A stretch of 64,000 bases of DNA, taken from assembly GCA_028534125.1 (NCBI GenBank), contig CM052816.1, forward strand, positions 91,824,001 through 91,888,000, read 5' to 3'. A program made the translations under genes and the position numbers. This document shows, piece by piece, positions 38,459 through 51,962 of the stretch. Positions within the stretch are counted from its first letter, which is position 1. Each line of letters opens with the position of its first letter. The DNA is from Lama glama. Taxonomy: Eukaryota. Under the pieces are notes generated by a model, which made no database searches, was not told the origin of the DNA, and saw only the letters and a list, made by a program, of their open reading frames with translations.

Positions 38459-38982
38459 TGTGGTGGATTATATTTTTCCAAAGAGGACCGCACACTAACG
38501 CATTACATTCTATTCCACATGTCCTCTAGACTAGCTATGTTCCCATCAATGATGGAGTCTCCTCTTGTCCGGGGGGGAAGTGACATGCGTGACCTCTGAG
38601 AGTAAGCTGTGAAAGGTAATGCTACTTTCACCTTGTCCACTGGAATGAACCACTTTTGAAACGTTTTTTCTGCCATGTAAACAGACTGCCCTGAGACCGC
38701 CATTTTGTGAGGAAGCCCACACTAGCCCACGTGGAGAGACCACAAGGAGAGGCCTTGAGACCCTACAGAGAGACAGACAGACAGGCAGAGAGGCCAGCCC
38801 CATCCAGGACTGCTCCAGCCCTTATGTTCCAGCATCAGCCACTGCTCAGCCCCAGAACCACCCTGCCTAGGCCTCCCCAAAATCCAACCCACAAAAACCA
38901 AAAGGGACCATAAAACAACGGCTGCTGTTTTAGGCCACTCAGTTTTCGGATGATTTGTTACGCAGCAACAGTCACCAGAACA
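38459..38982 (+). mobile_element. MaLR solo LTR (MLT1F/G/H-like)
   Basis: tgtggtggattatatttttccaaaga...gagaccgccattttgtgaggaagccc...ttttaggccactcagttttcggatgatttgttacgcagcaacagtcaccagaaca; TG...CA ends, imperfect 5-bp TSD cacag/cactg. Confidence 0.85.
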
Positions 38983-40993
38983 CACTGTGACATAATAATA
39001 AAGAGGCTAGAAATGTTTTATTTTGAGATGTGACTTCTTGCCCTTTTGTAAAGCAATTTTGTTTAGCTTAGGGAAGCATCTGTGTTTTATAAGTTTCATT
39101 ATTCCCTTTCAGACATGCTGTTTTTCTGGATAAGGAATTACAGGCTCTATTCTAAAGCCACAGACTAATGGACAAATTGTGGCCTGCAGGAGAGGTAGCA
39201 TCCTGGGGTCCTACATCCCTCTAGGATACCAATCATTCACAGAGCCCAACAGTAATATATTCAAATTCCCCTGAAGAAAACAACTTCCCATACTGCTTAC
39301 GGCCAAACACTGCTGAGGGGTGGGAGGGGGAGTCTGACCTTCAATGTGGCTACACATAAGTAATGAGCTATAATACCTTTTCCTATATGTTGTCATGAAA
39401 ATGAGGAATATCACCACTTTTGTCTCTCATACTGTCAACCTCCCACTTGCAGGTAGGAACCCATAAGTTTCAAGTCATTAAGATTCAGAAATCTGAAAAG
39501 ATGAAAACGCCAAAGGCCATGACACTGTTCAGTCTCACCAAACTAATACACTGACATCCACCAAAAAAAGAAAAAAAGCACTTTTTGGCAACAGCTGTCT
39601 ATCTATATATATCTACTTGATGACAAACATGTAACTCACTTGGAAACAGTGAATGCCTTAAGCAGCTGAATAATTTATTTTTCATCAAGATGTTCTATGT
39701 CATGTCTGACAAAAGCATACATAAACATTTAGCTGATCCCAAAACATTCCATTTCAAGTTAATTTCACCACCACACTTTAAAAAAAAATTGGGGGGGAGG
39801 GGAACGTGATGGGACAAGAAAAGTTGAACATATTTGTTTTATAGAATTAGTACACCTATGTTTGCTTCATATGGGATTGGAACTGTATCAACTTTCCTCC
39901 TAAACATATGGTGATTGAGCTATTTCCTGCTTAAATTATGAAAGTACTTTGGATGTCCTGTAGCATCACGGGGGGTATGACAATCTCATGAGGGGTCCGC
40001 TGTTAAAAGTACTGGATGATGCACTTAGAGTATTTAGTGCATTCCAGCCTTTCCAGAACTACATCTGAGACCGTAGCTGGGCTAGTTTGTTTAGTCTTTG
40101 CCTAAGAAGATTCAGAAGTTCCAAATTCACCGAGCTTCCCCAAAACCACTCAAAAGGCTGACCAGTCAGACTCACTGATGTCCTTTTGATAGTTGGTATC
40201 ATTCTAGGAACAACATTGTTCTTCTTAAAAGATCAAGTCTCTGCCTCCTGGGAACCACATCCTAATTATTGTCCAAAAGGGATTTTTTTTTCAATGCATT
40301 GTTGTGTCTTATCTCAAGAAATTCATTAGTTTTTTCAAATCATGACAACTCAAGAGCTGTTCTCCACTCCTCTGTTTTATGTAAAACAGGATATATAAAA
40401 GGATATTTTTTTCTGTTGGCAGAAAGTTCCAGAAATTTTTCTATTCTCACAAGAATAGCTCCAGGCACTTTCCCAGTATAATAAAGAAGCGTTTTATGTT
40501 ATGGGTGATGGCCAGCTAACATTTGTATTTCTTCGGACGAACTACAGCCTTCCTATCAGCCAAGGGAAACACCTGCACGGCCCTGTGTTCCCGAATTACA
40601 ACCATGATCACTCATCCCATAAACAATGTACAGAATCCAAAGGACAAAACCACAGGTGCTGCAGAAAAACAGCTCCATGCAAACCTGCAATAAGCAACAA
40701 CTTCTTCAAAACAAACAAGATCACACAGGCATCATTATGGCTAGGAAACGTGGACATCAACCCCAATAACCTCTCATTATTTTTATAACGGATGGGGTTT
40801 GGACTAAGCATGACCACAGATTAAAGTACTCAGGCAGTGTGCCTTGGAGACATGGGTGGCCGACAAATACAACAGACTGCATTTGTAAAACAATTAGCCA
40901 GACCTTCCAGCTTCTTTTTTCTTAACAATTTGAAAACGCAAACTTGATCAAAGGGTGGATTTAGATCTCAAGGCCTCTAACTACTACACCCTT

Positions 40994-40995
<2 letters not shown>

Positions 40996-41034
<39 letters not shown>
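40996..41034. repeat. (CA)n microsatellite
   Basis: Perfect ca run. Confidence 0.97.
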
Positions 41035-41037
<3 letters not shown>

Positions 41038-42992
41038 CGTTCTATATTAATAATCTATCATTATAGGAATCAGAGCAAAAACAAAAACAACTAGAAACCA
41101 TTTTAATGCATTTGAAAATGATTATGTCACCCAGGACACATCTTTTTCAGAAGTCTTACTGCATGAAGATGCAGTGCAGCTGGCTGATGGAGAGCCAATT
41201 ACTCTCTGTCCTGTACCGAATAGATATTTTCCGTATGATGACTCTCTTTAGAACATGAGGGATGCCCAGAGGAAGCTCACATACACCAGGGGAAGGAAAA
41301 GCATGCTCTCCTGCCACGGAGGACGATGGAAGCCAGTCTTCTGAAGAACCCAGACCCGGGGATGCAGACAGTGAATGTCACCTGAGGTGACGTCACCAGG
41401 AACCACATTAAGCCAAGGGTCTGGGGATGAGAAGAGGCTACTCGCTGGACTGGGAGGAAGGAGCGAATGAGTCACGCCTGTCAGAAGTGATTTAAATAAA
41501 GGCTAAAATGGGCAGATTAAAATGAAGCAAGTTTCTCAGGAGGTGCTGTCAACAAGGCTGCTTCTCAAAACATTTTACATAAAATCTCATAACTCTGGAG
41601 CCTTTGTTTAATAAAGCCTTTAAGGCAGGAGAACCAATATTCTTCTTTCAATTCGATTCAGCTTTTTGGAACACATTTTAATGTTTGCTGTATTCATACC
41701 ACTGTGTTAGGAAAGGCCCAGCACAAAGATGATCAGAAAAAGCCCCTCTGCCCTTAAAGCAGTTGCAAAATAATAGGAAAGTCAGACAAAGAGATAATCA
41801 GAGCGTCAGAAAGACTGTGATGACTACTGTAATGAGATGGATGCACACGTGGGAATGACTTTTCAAAGTGATGGCCCAAAATTCAGACAGCCAACTACCT
41901 CATCTCAACTTTATAGTTCCAACAAATTATTAAGGACCCCCCCCCAAAAAAGCAATCTCTTTAAAGGTATGTATCTTAAATGGCAGTGATCTACACCAGC
42001 TGTTGTTAAGCAAGAGCTTTACATCAGCTCTGGTGAATTTTGTCATTCACTGAGCACTAGCAACAGAAATATTATTCTTAATTCCAAAGATACCGCTTCT
42101 TGCTTATTTATAAAGTCTATCTACTTAAACGTTATCACTCTACTATAAAACCTTAATCATCAGATTCAGAAGTCATCATCCTTCACATGTCTATGAAAGC
42201 CATGAGCTACAAACCCAGTTTAATGCCTCAAAGAAGATACAATATTAATAATTTCTCTGACAAACATTATTCCTACATTATTTAATAAACCACTAAACCC
42301 AGGTCCCATTTAAAAATATAAATCAAATACAAAATCTTATGGTACAGACTAAAGCAGGTAATGGAGGCTGTATCTCCAAGGGCCAGGGATGTGAGCTGCC
42401 GATAATTCATAGGTTTATAGGTCTCTTGTTCTTTTGTAGAAACCTGCAGCTCTTTGCTCCCTGGACTAGTGTTCAAAGAGACAGGCTTCTTAGAACTGCT
42501 AAAACAAAAACAAAATACGTAGCCTGAGATTACACCATATTTCCCAATAGACATAAAAATACTTAATATATTTTATTCAACTTATATTATTGCCTGTCAA
42601 CTTGAAAACAACTGAAGTAAAAGATGTAAGCAACTGACAGCTGCAGTTACCAGCCATCCTTCGTAGGAAATGAAATGTTCTGCTAGGCAGTCCGGGTACG
42701 AAGGACAAAGAAACAAAAACTGTATTTTAAAGTCAAGCCATACTCAGTTATTATCACAGAATTAAAATATGAAGCCACCAAGAAAGAATTATTTAACCCA
42801 AAATTATGAGGCCAATCGTTTGTTATCTAATACAAAGGGATGTGTCTTTTCTGATCACTACAAACAGAAAACTGAAAAGAACTAAGAAAACACCAAGAAG
42901 ATAGCCCTCTTTCATGGGATATTCAGTCTCCTGTCTGGATCATCCAGGAGTCAAAGTCTAGATGTATTTCCTATTTCAGGGAAAAGGCAAAG

Positions 42993-43013
42993 CACACACA
43001 CACAGACTCACAG

Positions 43014-43042
<29 letters not shown>
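42993..43042. repeat. Compound (CA)n microsatellite
   Basis: cacacacacacagactcacagacacaca... Confidence 0.95.
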
Positions 43043-43045
<3 letters not shown>

Positions 43046-43187
43046 CAGCAATAAATGCACAAAGAGAGGAGGTTTATATGAAAACACATCTCCACATCAA
43101 AATGAGTTAGAGGCACGTCTGGAATGCTCCACAACTCAGCTTGGGAGAAACTGGACGTGTGATTTTTTGAGCCAGTTTTTGCTAATC

Positions 43188-43373
43188 CACGGTTTTTCAA
43201 TCCTGGCACTACAATATTTTGATTTGAGCCAGATAATTCTTTGTCTTGTGCCTTCAGCAGCCTCCGTGCCTTCTAGGGGCCAGGAGCATCCCCTCCAAGT
43301 TGTGACAACCAAAAATGTCTCCAGAGAATAGAATGTCACCTGGGGAGCAAAACTGTCCCCATTGAGAACCACT
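43188..43373 (+). mobile_element. hAT-Charlie MITE MER20
   Basis: ggtttttcaatcctggcact...gccagataattctttg...gttgtgacaaccaaaaatgtctccaga...ggggagcaaaactgtccccattgagaaccact. Confidence 0.88.
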
Positions 43374-43939
43374 CTTCTAACCCAGTGATGACAAGGTAAA
43401 TCCCATACAGGCCAAATAGCTTTCAGCTGCTGCACAGCCAAGGATGCAATTAGCCTATCTCTGTCCAAGGTGCTCAAGTGAACCCACTATGTTCTCTGCT
43501 CCAGAGGCAGTGTCTAGGCCAATGCAAAGTAGGGGAAAATTCCAGCCTCACACCTTCCCAAAATGCTTCCAAAGCATTTCCTCTCCTGAGACTGACACTT
43601 TCCATTTGGATACTGGGACTTTTAACAGAGCTATCACATAAGAAGTCTATTTAACACACGTCTAGATGACACAGAATCTTTAGAAACCAACAGAAAGGAA
43701 AGGAGAGGGAAAACATTTAATAGTCACCAAAAATAATCAAGGAACTAAAAGATTCAAGAAACACTAGAAGAAAGAGTTATAAGATGTCTCAGATATTTTA
43801 AAGGGTAAATTATTTGATAAATATGCATTGGACATCTATCAGAATTCAAGACATGAGATGCAAAGTTAAAAGAGAATTGGGTCCTGGGTCCTGCTATTTC
43901 AGGGAGTTTAGGGACCTGTTGAGATCTAAGACATACAGA

Positions 43940-44070
43940 CTAGTCCTTCTCAAACATGGCTGTATATTCAAATCATCCGGGAGAACTTCTTCAAATTAAT
44001 GACCAGGCTTACCCTTAGGCCAATTATATAAGCACCTGAACCCCTGGACAGTTCTGAAAAGCCCTTGAGC
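43940..44070. mobile_element. MER5-like hAT MITE remnant
   Basis: cttctcaaacatggctgtatattcaaatcatccgggagaactt. Confidence 0.55.
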
Positions 44071-44381
44071 TAGATCATGAAGGTCGATGGGGACTCAGAC
44101 ATAGACAGGGGGTAGGTGGGGATGGTGTTTCTAGTTGAAATGACAAGAGAAAAATCACCATGATCGAAAATCGAAGGCATGTAACAGCAAAAAAGAAAAA
44201 CAAATGGTTCAATTTCCTCTGCTCACAGGGTCTGAGAAGGGCAGGAAACAAGAATAAGATGGGTGAGAACCAGACCCTGGAGGGTGTCGAACTGTGTAGA
44301 AAATGGAGAAACCCTGAACATTTCTGAGAAAAGGGCAAAATTATAATTCAAAAAATTAATCTTTCAAAAATTCTTAAAGGG

Positions 44382-44541
44382 GTGCCCCCCCCCTCTCGCC
44401 TTCTGAGATGGCCCGCGCTGTCTATGGAGTGTATGTACCTTTACTTTAACAACCACACCCACCCCCCACCCCGGCCCATGTACTAAGTAAATAAATAAAT
44501 TACTTCTACTCGAGAAAAACCAAAATAAAACAAAACAGAAA
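44382..44541 (+). mobile_element. A-tailed, TSD-flanked short retrocopy resembling the 3' (U3-R) part of a cetartiodactyl ERV LTR
   Basis: cctctcgccttctgagatggcccgcgctgtctatggagtgt...aaataaataaattacttctactcg plus A-rich tail; flanked by caaaaattcttaaaggg (44365-44381) and caaaaactcttaaaggg (44542-44558). Confidence 0.7.
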
Positions 44542-44659
44542 CAAAAACTCTTAAAGGGTCTGGGGAAGAGAAAAAGTCAGGAAGTGGAGTTTCATGTCTG
44601 AAGCAGGAAACCGAAACTAAAGCAGCAGCGTCCCTTGGTTGCCATGGGAACTCTCCTGG

Positions 44660-45560
44660 TTGACTCCCTTTCAGGCTCATCCAGATGTCAGAGTCCCTCG
44701 AGGCGTAGGGCTGCACTCGCTAGATGGCTTCTTCTAATTTGTTTTCCCTGGGGGCTCTCATGCCTGCTCATTCGGTGTTCATCTGTACGCTGCACACGGT
44801 TTGGAAATTCTCCTCCCAGACCTCGCCTGGCACTCAGACTGGCAGCACCAAGTGTCTGTTTAACATTCCCCCTTGGACCTGTTGAAGTCCCCTCCAACTC
44901 TCCACGTCCAAAACTGAACTCATGATATTCCTCACAGAGCCTAGCGCTCTTTATGTCCCTTTTCTCTGGAAATGGAACCTCATCCTATCCAGCCACACAT
45001 GTGCATGTCATTCCTGACACTGTCTCTGACATCCCCACCCAACCTACCGGCAGGAGCTGTGGGTGTTAACCTTGTGTGCATCTCCCTGATGCCTCCCGTC
45101 TCTCTGATGCCTCCCGTTCTCTCCTGGTCTATCAGCACCTCCTCAGCCCAGCCTGCCGTCTTCCTTTGCTTGATTGTCTCCTTAACAGTCTTGACTTACT
45201 GACCCCAGTTCACTCTCACCCACTATTGCCAACACCCAGTCACTAGTTCAAATTTCAAAATCAGCCACATCACCACTTCACTTAAAATTCTTCAACAGCT
45301 TCCCATTGATCTCATGAAATGTACAAAATACCTCAGAAAGGACTGACTATCATCTGAAACTGGCCACAAATGACTTCTTTTAGTCCCACACGTTTGTCAT
45401 GCTTGCTCTGCCACAGGGCCACGGTGCACACAATTCCATCCACAGAGAGCTTGGTCTCCCTGTTTGGACTATTAAACTCTAAGCCACCCAACTGAGAGTG
45501 AAACATAACCTCAGGGCAAACAAAACTTTCTTCATATAGAACCATCCGGGGCATGCATGA
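44660..45560 (+). mobile_element. L2 remnant
   Basis: cacgtccaaaactgaactcatgatattcc...ctggaaatggaacctcatcctatcc...cacttaaaattcttcaacagcttcccattg. Confidence 0.75.
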
Positions 45561-47829
45561 GTAATGAAGTTACTGGATTATTTCAATCCTTCGTAGTTTA
45601 TTTTTAGTCTTAATCTAATTTCAATAGTCCAGAAATATTAACACACAGTGTCTCCCACATCCCAATACACTTCTTCATAAAATAATGAAGTACATATATC
45701 CAAAGGCTGCTAAGATTTGAATTTATTTCACCCTAAAAAACACTCTTTTCTTACACTGGGGAACACTGGGTTGAACCTGAATTATTTTATGGAATCTGAT
45801 AAGTTTCTGCTCAATAAGTACTTCTATTGTTAAACCATATTTTATCCCTTTGCACTTTCACAGAGGAGGCATTAATGTTTATTTTTTTTAATCCAAAGCT
45901 GTTATATAATAAACCATGCTGGAGTGGGCATAGTTTATGCATTCATAAAATATTTCTGAGTTTTAAAAGATAGGTATTATTATAGAACTATTGCACCTAC
46001 AAGAGTTGCCAAAGATTTGCAGTATTTTTAAAATAATAATAAAGACAGGTATAGACAATAAAAACCTACCAAAGGATTTGAGAAAATAAATCACATTCAG
46101 AAGTCTTAAAGAGTTTCCTAGAAGTAAAGAAATTATGCGCTTCATTATGTCTCAGCAAGATATCCAATGCACAGGAACACTCAATTCTATATATCAACTT
46201 TACGGTATGTCTATATGACTCAAAAGTTTCCAGCTATGTTATTTTTCTTTGGTGGAGGAGTTGATGTAAATAGTACAAATGTTTATTAATGCTTATCTAC
46301 ATTTACGATACTATAAATCAAAGGCTACATAATAAATTATCAATTTGAATGGATGACCTTATATCCGTGGTCTACAGAGATGTGAGGCATATTAACATTA
46401 CTCACTGGTGCTGCCCAGCTGAAGAAAGGCATCCAATGAGGTGAACAGGGCATCACCTAAGAACAGAAAGTATCTGACTTACGCTGGCAGAAGCCACTGC
46501 TTGTACAAGACCATCCTGTTTCTGGGGGAAACAAAGAAAATCCCATAATGCCACAGGACACTGACCTCCTTTGCAGTCCAGAGGGATCCCTGTTATAGGA
46601 TTCCCCCTTCAGTCAACGTCGCTTTCTCTAAAAAAGCCGTTACACCTGCCTCCTCCCCTCCTTCTATTAAGAAAACAAAAAACTACCTTTTCACAGACAA
46701 CTTTTATTAAAAAGGAAACAAATATTTTTCTGAGCTAGCTTGACCTTACAGGCAAGGTTGAGAAGCCTTCCTTGAACCTTCCTGCTGTAGTATTATTCCT
46801 GGCCACCCTCTCCTGCTCCCTCTCTACTTAGAGTAAATGAGAATTCCTGTCTTTCTGCAAACACTGTACGTTCTCCAGAGACATGAAGACATGGAGGGCT
46901 CAGGGTCACTCCGTGCAACCAAACATTTATTGAGCTGCTGTATTGCTCACTGAGCCTTAGAATTTAAAATAAACACCATTTGAGCAGTCTCCCTTCGAAG
47001 ATTTCACAGTCTATTATTGAAGACCAACAACTGTTATCAACAAAAAAGCTGCAGTAACAGAGGTGTGCCCAGGTTCTGTGGGACACACGCCGAGGGGGAG
47101 AGTGAACGGTCAGTTTTGATGAATTCTGGATCCTATAGGGTTTTTCCAAGACCCAGAGTCAGACACATTCTCTTCCTCTCTGCCTGATCCTTCCCTAACA
47201 AACAAAAATTCTCTGCTTACATGGGGAAACTTGAGTTAATATAAATCAAAAGAGCCTTCCTTAAAGACGGAAAAGTATAAAAAGGGGAAAGGAATATATG
47301 TGGGTGGGTCTGGGGCCCAGGGTTCACACTGCTTTGCGTGGGCATGAACGGAGAGGTAAGTCAGGTTTCCAAAATCTACGCCCTCACCTCACCCTTTCTT
47401 CAAGCCATCTGCTTTCTGAGTTAATGTGCAGCAAGACACAGCCAGCATGACAGGAGCCCATTTCCAGCCCCTCAAAGCCTGGAACTGCAGCCTTCACTCC
47501 AGATCCCCCCACCCCAGGGACCCATCCGTCTTTAAGTCAGCTGTACACGATCTAAATACAAGATGACACGTAATAAACAGAGCTGCTGGTGGCTGGCCCC
47601 TGCTCGGTGCTTCAAAGAGTGAGGCTGGTTCCTGCCCGTTTTTAGCCTAGTTCGCCTTTCAGCTAGTGCAAGAAGCTGTGACACAGCTGCCACAAGCCTG
47701 GCCCACTACTGGTGGCCCTGCTGAAGCTATTCTGAACATTAGCATGTTTGTCCTTGCGTCTAACGTTGAACGCCTCTATGGGACTTTGCAATTACAAATT
47801 GTTTCCATGTTCCCTTTCTGACTTTACCC

Positions 47830-47970
47830 TCATCGTTTTCTAGAGCAAGCATTATTACTTCAACCTTAAAAAGTAAAAACTAAGCCTCAGAAAGGTTCAA
47901 TTACTATGCCAAACTTACTCCACTAGTAAACGTTAAAAATATTTGGACAGACCCAGGAGCCTGACACCCA
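47830..47970 (-). mobile_element. MIR remnant
   Basis: cattattacttcaacctt...aaactaagcctcagaaaggttcaattactatgccaaacttactccactagtaaa. Confidence 0.55.
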
Positions 47971-49799
47971 AAAAAATCACAAACTAGTGAGTCACAGATT
48001 TTTTTGAATTGGTCCACTTGGGGTTTCTTTAAAAATAAAATGAAATAAACATTTAATAGTTGGATATTTCACATTAAAAGATAGATTTTTAGAGTCCCTT
48101 GAAAAATTGGGACCTGGAAGCTCTGACAGTTCTGGGCTGATTCTCTGTGCTACTAACAGAGGGGGAGATGGGGCACCTGCAGGCTGGTCTGCCACGGTCT
48201 GAACCCTCCCCCTCCACAGACAGTCTAGTCCTTCATCTTATCTGCCCAGCCCTGAGGACACTTGAATTTGTCACCACATTGCTAGACCCTATCACAAGGG
48301 GACAAAACAATGATCAAATACAGAGACCGACAAGTGCCAGAGAGTATTTCACCCAAAAGCCTCAAAGCACTCTCCTCTAGGTCAAGAAGGTGGCTCCGAG
48401 GTGGTTTCATACCCTTCACACAAACTCCATCCACACATCATCTGCTCAACAGTGCCCCCTACCTCCCCGAACGCACTTAAAACAGGGATAGAAAAAAAAC
48501 GGAAAATACTTCCTCTGAAAAAGCCTGACTATATACCATGACAGGTCAAACCATTTTATTGTTATAAACTGTTTACATATTTGTGGAGGAGAAAAGCCAC
48601 TGGATTCAAATAGCTGTCTCAAGCCCTCTTCCACTTCCCTGTTTTAAAGCAAACACTTGAATCTTCTGGCATCCTACACCTGTTCATTTTCCAGTGACTG
48701 CGGGATGGATCAAGGTTTACAGGTCTTGGAAGGTTCCCCCAAAAGTCTCTTCAACTGTTGCTAGTAGAATTTTAAAGAAATGATGACCCAGCTATGGCAT
48801 TGCTTACAAATCTACTTTGCTAGTTAAAAGTCATTATTTGGAAAAAAGAAAAAATGTTAAGGTGCCATTGACTTAAATGGCAGAATCAAACTCTTGGTTA
48901 GGTTTTATGATTTTGATTCCATTTTGGGATTTGAATCTGCTTGTGGATAACAGATGTTTAGCTGCTAAAACAATGGCATTTTACAGTTCTATTTCACTCA
49001 ATGAAAGGACAGCTATAAACCAGAAGCTCAGGAGGAACCAGCCCACACAGTTAAGAGTCGGATGAGGGGTTGCCCAAGTTTTGGCTGAGGGTTATGTGGA
49101 CTGCAGAAAACAGATCCTACAACCTGACACTGGAAAGCACTGTCTTGAGAACTGGCAAGTGCACAGGGGCTGCCGGGCGCAAGAGATGGACAGTCCGTGG
49201 CCCTGAAGAGAGCTGAATGGCCACAGACGCTGGTCACCTCCTGCATCTTGGCCTTGAAAACTCTGAATCCAGAAGAAGAGAACATCTTAAGGCTTAAGGA
49301 AAGGGGAAAGAGCTCTTCAAGATCACCCAGATCCCCGAATTACGGGCACAGAAGCTGATCTTCAAGCAGACACTCACATTTTCTAATTATTTCAACTAAT
49401 ATAGTTTTATTGGGAAGAAAAATAAACTTTGGGGACTTTTTTTTTCCTACAGATCAGGAAAGATCTTTAGAAGTATTTCACTTTTATTTGGGCAAACCAC
49501 CTAATTTCTCCTGGCCTCTGCTTTCTGATGTGTAAGCTGAAATGATTTAATTCAGCACTCACTAACTTTCCTTCCAGTCCAGTTTGATGCTTCTGTGGAT
49601 TTCTTAGTTCATGCATTTTAGCAACACAAAAGCAAGGGGGGCTTCTTCTGTTCTTCCAAACTATTGAGTAGAATATTAAAATTTTTAAATATTTAACATT
49701 CTGCTCAATAGTTTGGATGAAAAGAAATGAATCCTTTTGGGAGGTGGGTATTGATGAAATGTAAGAACTAAGTAAAAATCTGAAAGTATGGCAGTCAGT

Positions 49800-50142
49800 A
49801 ATTATCCGTGGGGGCGGGGGGTGTCCCTGAAGTCAGGGGGCAGGGAAGATGAACAGGTGGAGCACAGAGGGCTCCTAGGGCAGTGGAACTACTTTGTATG
49901 ATGCTCTAATTGTGGGTACATGTCATTACACAAACTCACAGACTGTACACCATCGATGTGAACCCTGATGTGTAAGCCATGGATTCTGGGACATAATGAT
50001 GTCCAGTGAGGGTTCATCAGTTGTAACCAGTATCCCACTCTGGTGGCAGATGTTGATAACGAGGAGGGTCAAGAGATACATGAGAAATCTCTGTGCCTTC
50101 CACTCAATTTTGATGTTAAACTGCAACTATTCTAAAAAAAAA
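49800..50142 (+). mobile_element. Ancient L1 3' end (L1MC-like)
   Basis: gatgaacaggtggagcacagagg...gggcagtggaactactttgtatgat...gtgaaccctgatgtgtaa...gaaatctctgtgccttccactcaattttg...tctaaaaaaaaa. Confidence 0.85.
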
Positions 50143-50148
50143 TTAAGT

Positions 50149-50319
50149 AGAAAAGAAGGAAGGGAGGGAGGGAGAGGGAGGGGGGAGAGAGAGAGAAATA
50201 AAGAAAGAAAGAAAGAAAGGAAGGAAGGAAGGAAGGAAGGAAGAAAGGAAGAAAGAAAGAGAAGAAGGAAGGAAGGGAGGGAGGGAGGGAGGGAGGGAGG
50301 AAGAATCAGGAAAAAAGAG
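50149..50319. repeat. Polypurine compound repeat (GGGA/GAAA/GGAA)n at the L1 tail
   Basis: Almost pyrimidine-free tract of about 170 bp. Confidence 0.95.
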
Positions 50320-51417
50320 TCCTGAAAAGTGATGCTGATGAGCTGCTGGTGCCCTTGGGGGTGGGGGGTGCAGGTTTAAAATTGCTTAGTGTGCCAACAC
50401 AGGACAAAGGGGATCGGTAGTAAATGCACATTACTTTGATATGAGTGACTGTTACCTCAGCTCCATCACTGGAAGGAGCCTGTGTGACTCCATGTCTAAC
50501 TTGGCAGAAAAAGTCATTGCGCCATAAACCCTCTCTGATAACCTCTCTATGTGTATAAACACCACATTTATTTCAGAACTGGTTTGCCAGTTTCCAGGAG
50601 AAAGGCCAGTCACTACAGAGAGGTCACAAAAGGCTGGAAATACAAGAGGATGCTTCATTTCACACATCAGTGCTGAGAAGCCCATGCCATTTGATTCTCT
50701 TTCCAAGAGGCAGCAGAAAAGTAGACACTCCCTTTCTCAAATGCTTGCTGTATCTATTCATTAGCAATAAAATATGTTTCTTGAAAACCTGCTTCTTGTA
50801 CAAAACGCAGAGTTTCTGGGGTTGGAACTAGTGTCTAGGTCATGTTCACATTTAGCAAGCCAAGGTCCTTTCTCTCCCTGAGTGTTTGCTCTGAGTAACG
50901 TCTCATATAATTACACCTAGTTCAATGCCCTGCACGCGGTAGTTACTCAAGTTCACCTAACTGGATTAAATGCTTTACAGACATCCTTGGGGGAAATTAT
51001 TCAACAACTATTTGGTATTCCTAAATCAGCCTCTCTAATAAAACAAAAGAAGCCAGCATTCCTTCGCTAACTGCAATTATAACTGAAATGCTAGTTGTTC
51101 ATTTAATAGTTAGGTTCAAATTTAAGGGAAAAAAAAAGATACTGGAGCACAGGTTCTGGGAAGCCTGCTCAATTTAAGTCTTAAGCCTATTCAGTTCTCT
51201 TTCAATATAACAGTGAACTTGGACCCCGGGCTCTTCTCTTGCTAAAACGTTAAAATGGCTACATCCTGAAGCATTTTACATCATCTTCAACCTATTTTCA
51301 ATACAGCACACAAAAGAGAAGTGAATTTCCCAGGGTAGACTCCTGTAAATATCTTACACTTCTGTCCTCTGTGTTTTTCTCTTCCTATCCTTTAAAAGTA
51401 ACATCTTTTTTGCCATG

Positions 51418-51962
51418 TATGATGGTTAATTTTATGTCAATTTGACTGACTCACACAGGGCCCTGACAGTTGGTCAAACATTATCCTAGATGTGTCTGTG
51501 ACAGTGTGTTAGATGAGGTTAATGTCTGATTTGGCAGACTGAAAAAAACAGATGGCCCTCTCTAATGTGGGTGGGCCTCGTCCAATCAGTTGAAGACCAG
51601 AAGAGAATTAAAAGTCTGACCTTCCAGGGAGTAAGAGCGAACTCCTCCTGCCTGACTGCCTTAAGCTGGGATTTCAGGTTTTTTGGACTTGAACTGAAAA
51701 CACTGGCTCTTTCTGGGTCTTGAACCTTCAAACTTTCCCTAGAACTATTTAATTGGCTTTCCTGGTTCTCAGGCCATCAGACTTAGACTGGAAATATACC
51801 ACCTCTCCTCCTGGGTTTCCAGCTTGCCAACTACAGGTCTTGGGACTTTTCAGCCTCCGTAATTATTTAAGCTGATTCCTATGCATCTGGGTTTGTGGAT
51901 ATAAATACACACACACACACATCATTTTGGTTCTGTTTTTCTAGAGAACCCTGATTAATACA
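51418..51962 (+). mobile_element. ERVL solo LTR (MLT2D-like)
   Basis: tatgatggttaattttatgtcaa...tggtcaaacattatcctagatgtgtctgtg...gtgggtgggcctcgtccaatcagttgaag...ctagagaaccctgattaataca; imperfect 5-bp TSD ccatg/acatg. Confidence 0.9.

Noticed and set aside
45081..45116. 18-bp tandem duplication
   Set aside because: Ordinary slippage duplication inside an L2 remnant.
49996..50325. Lys/Arg/Glu-rich 109-aa ORF
   Set aside because: Translation of an L1 3'UTR and a purine simple repeat.
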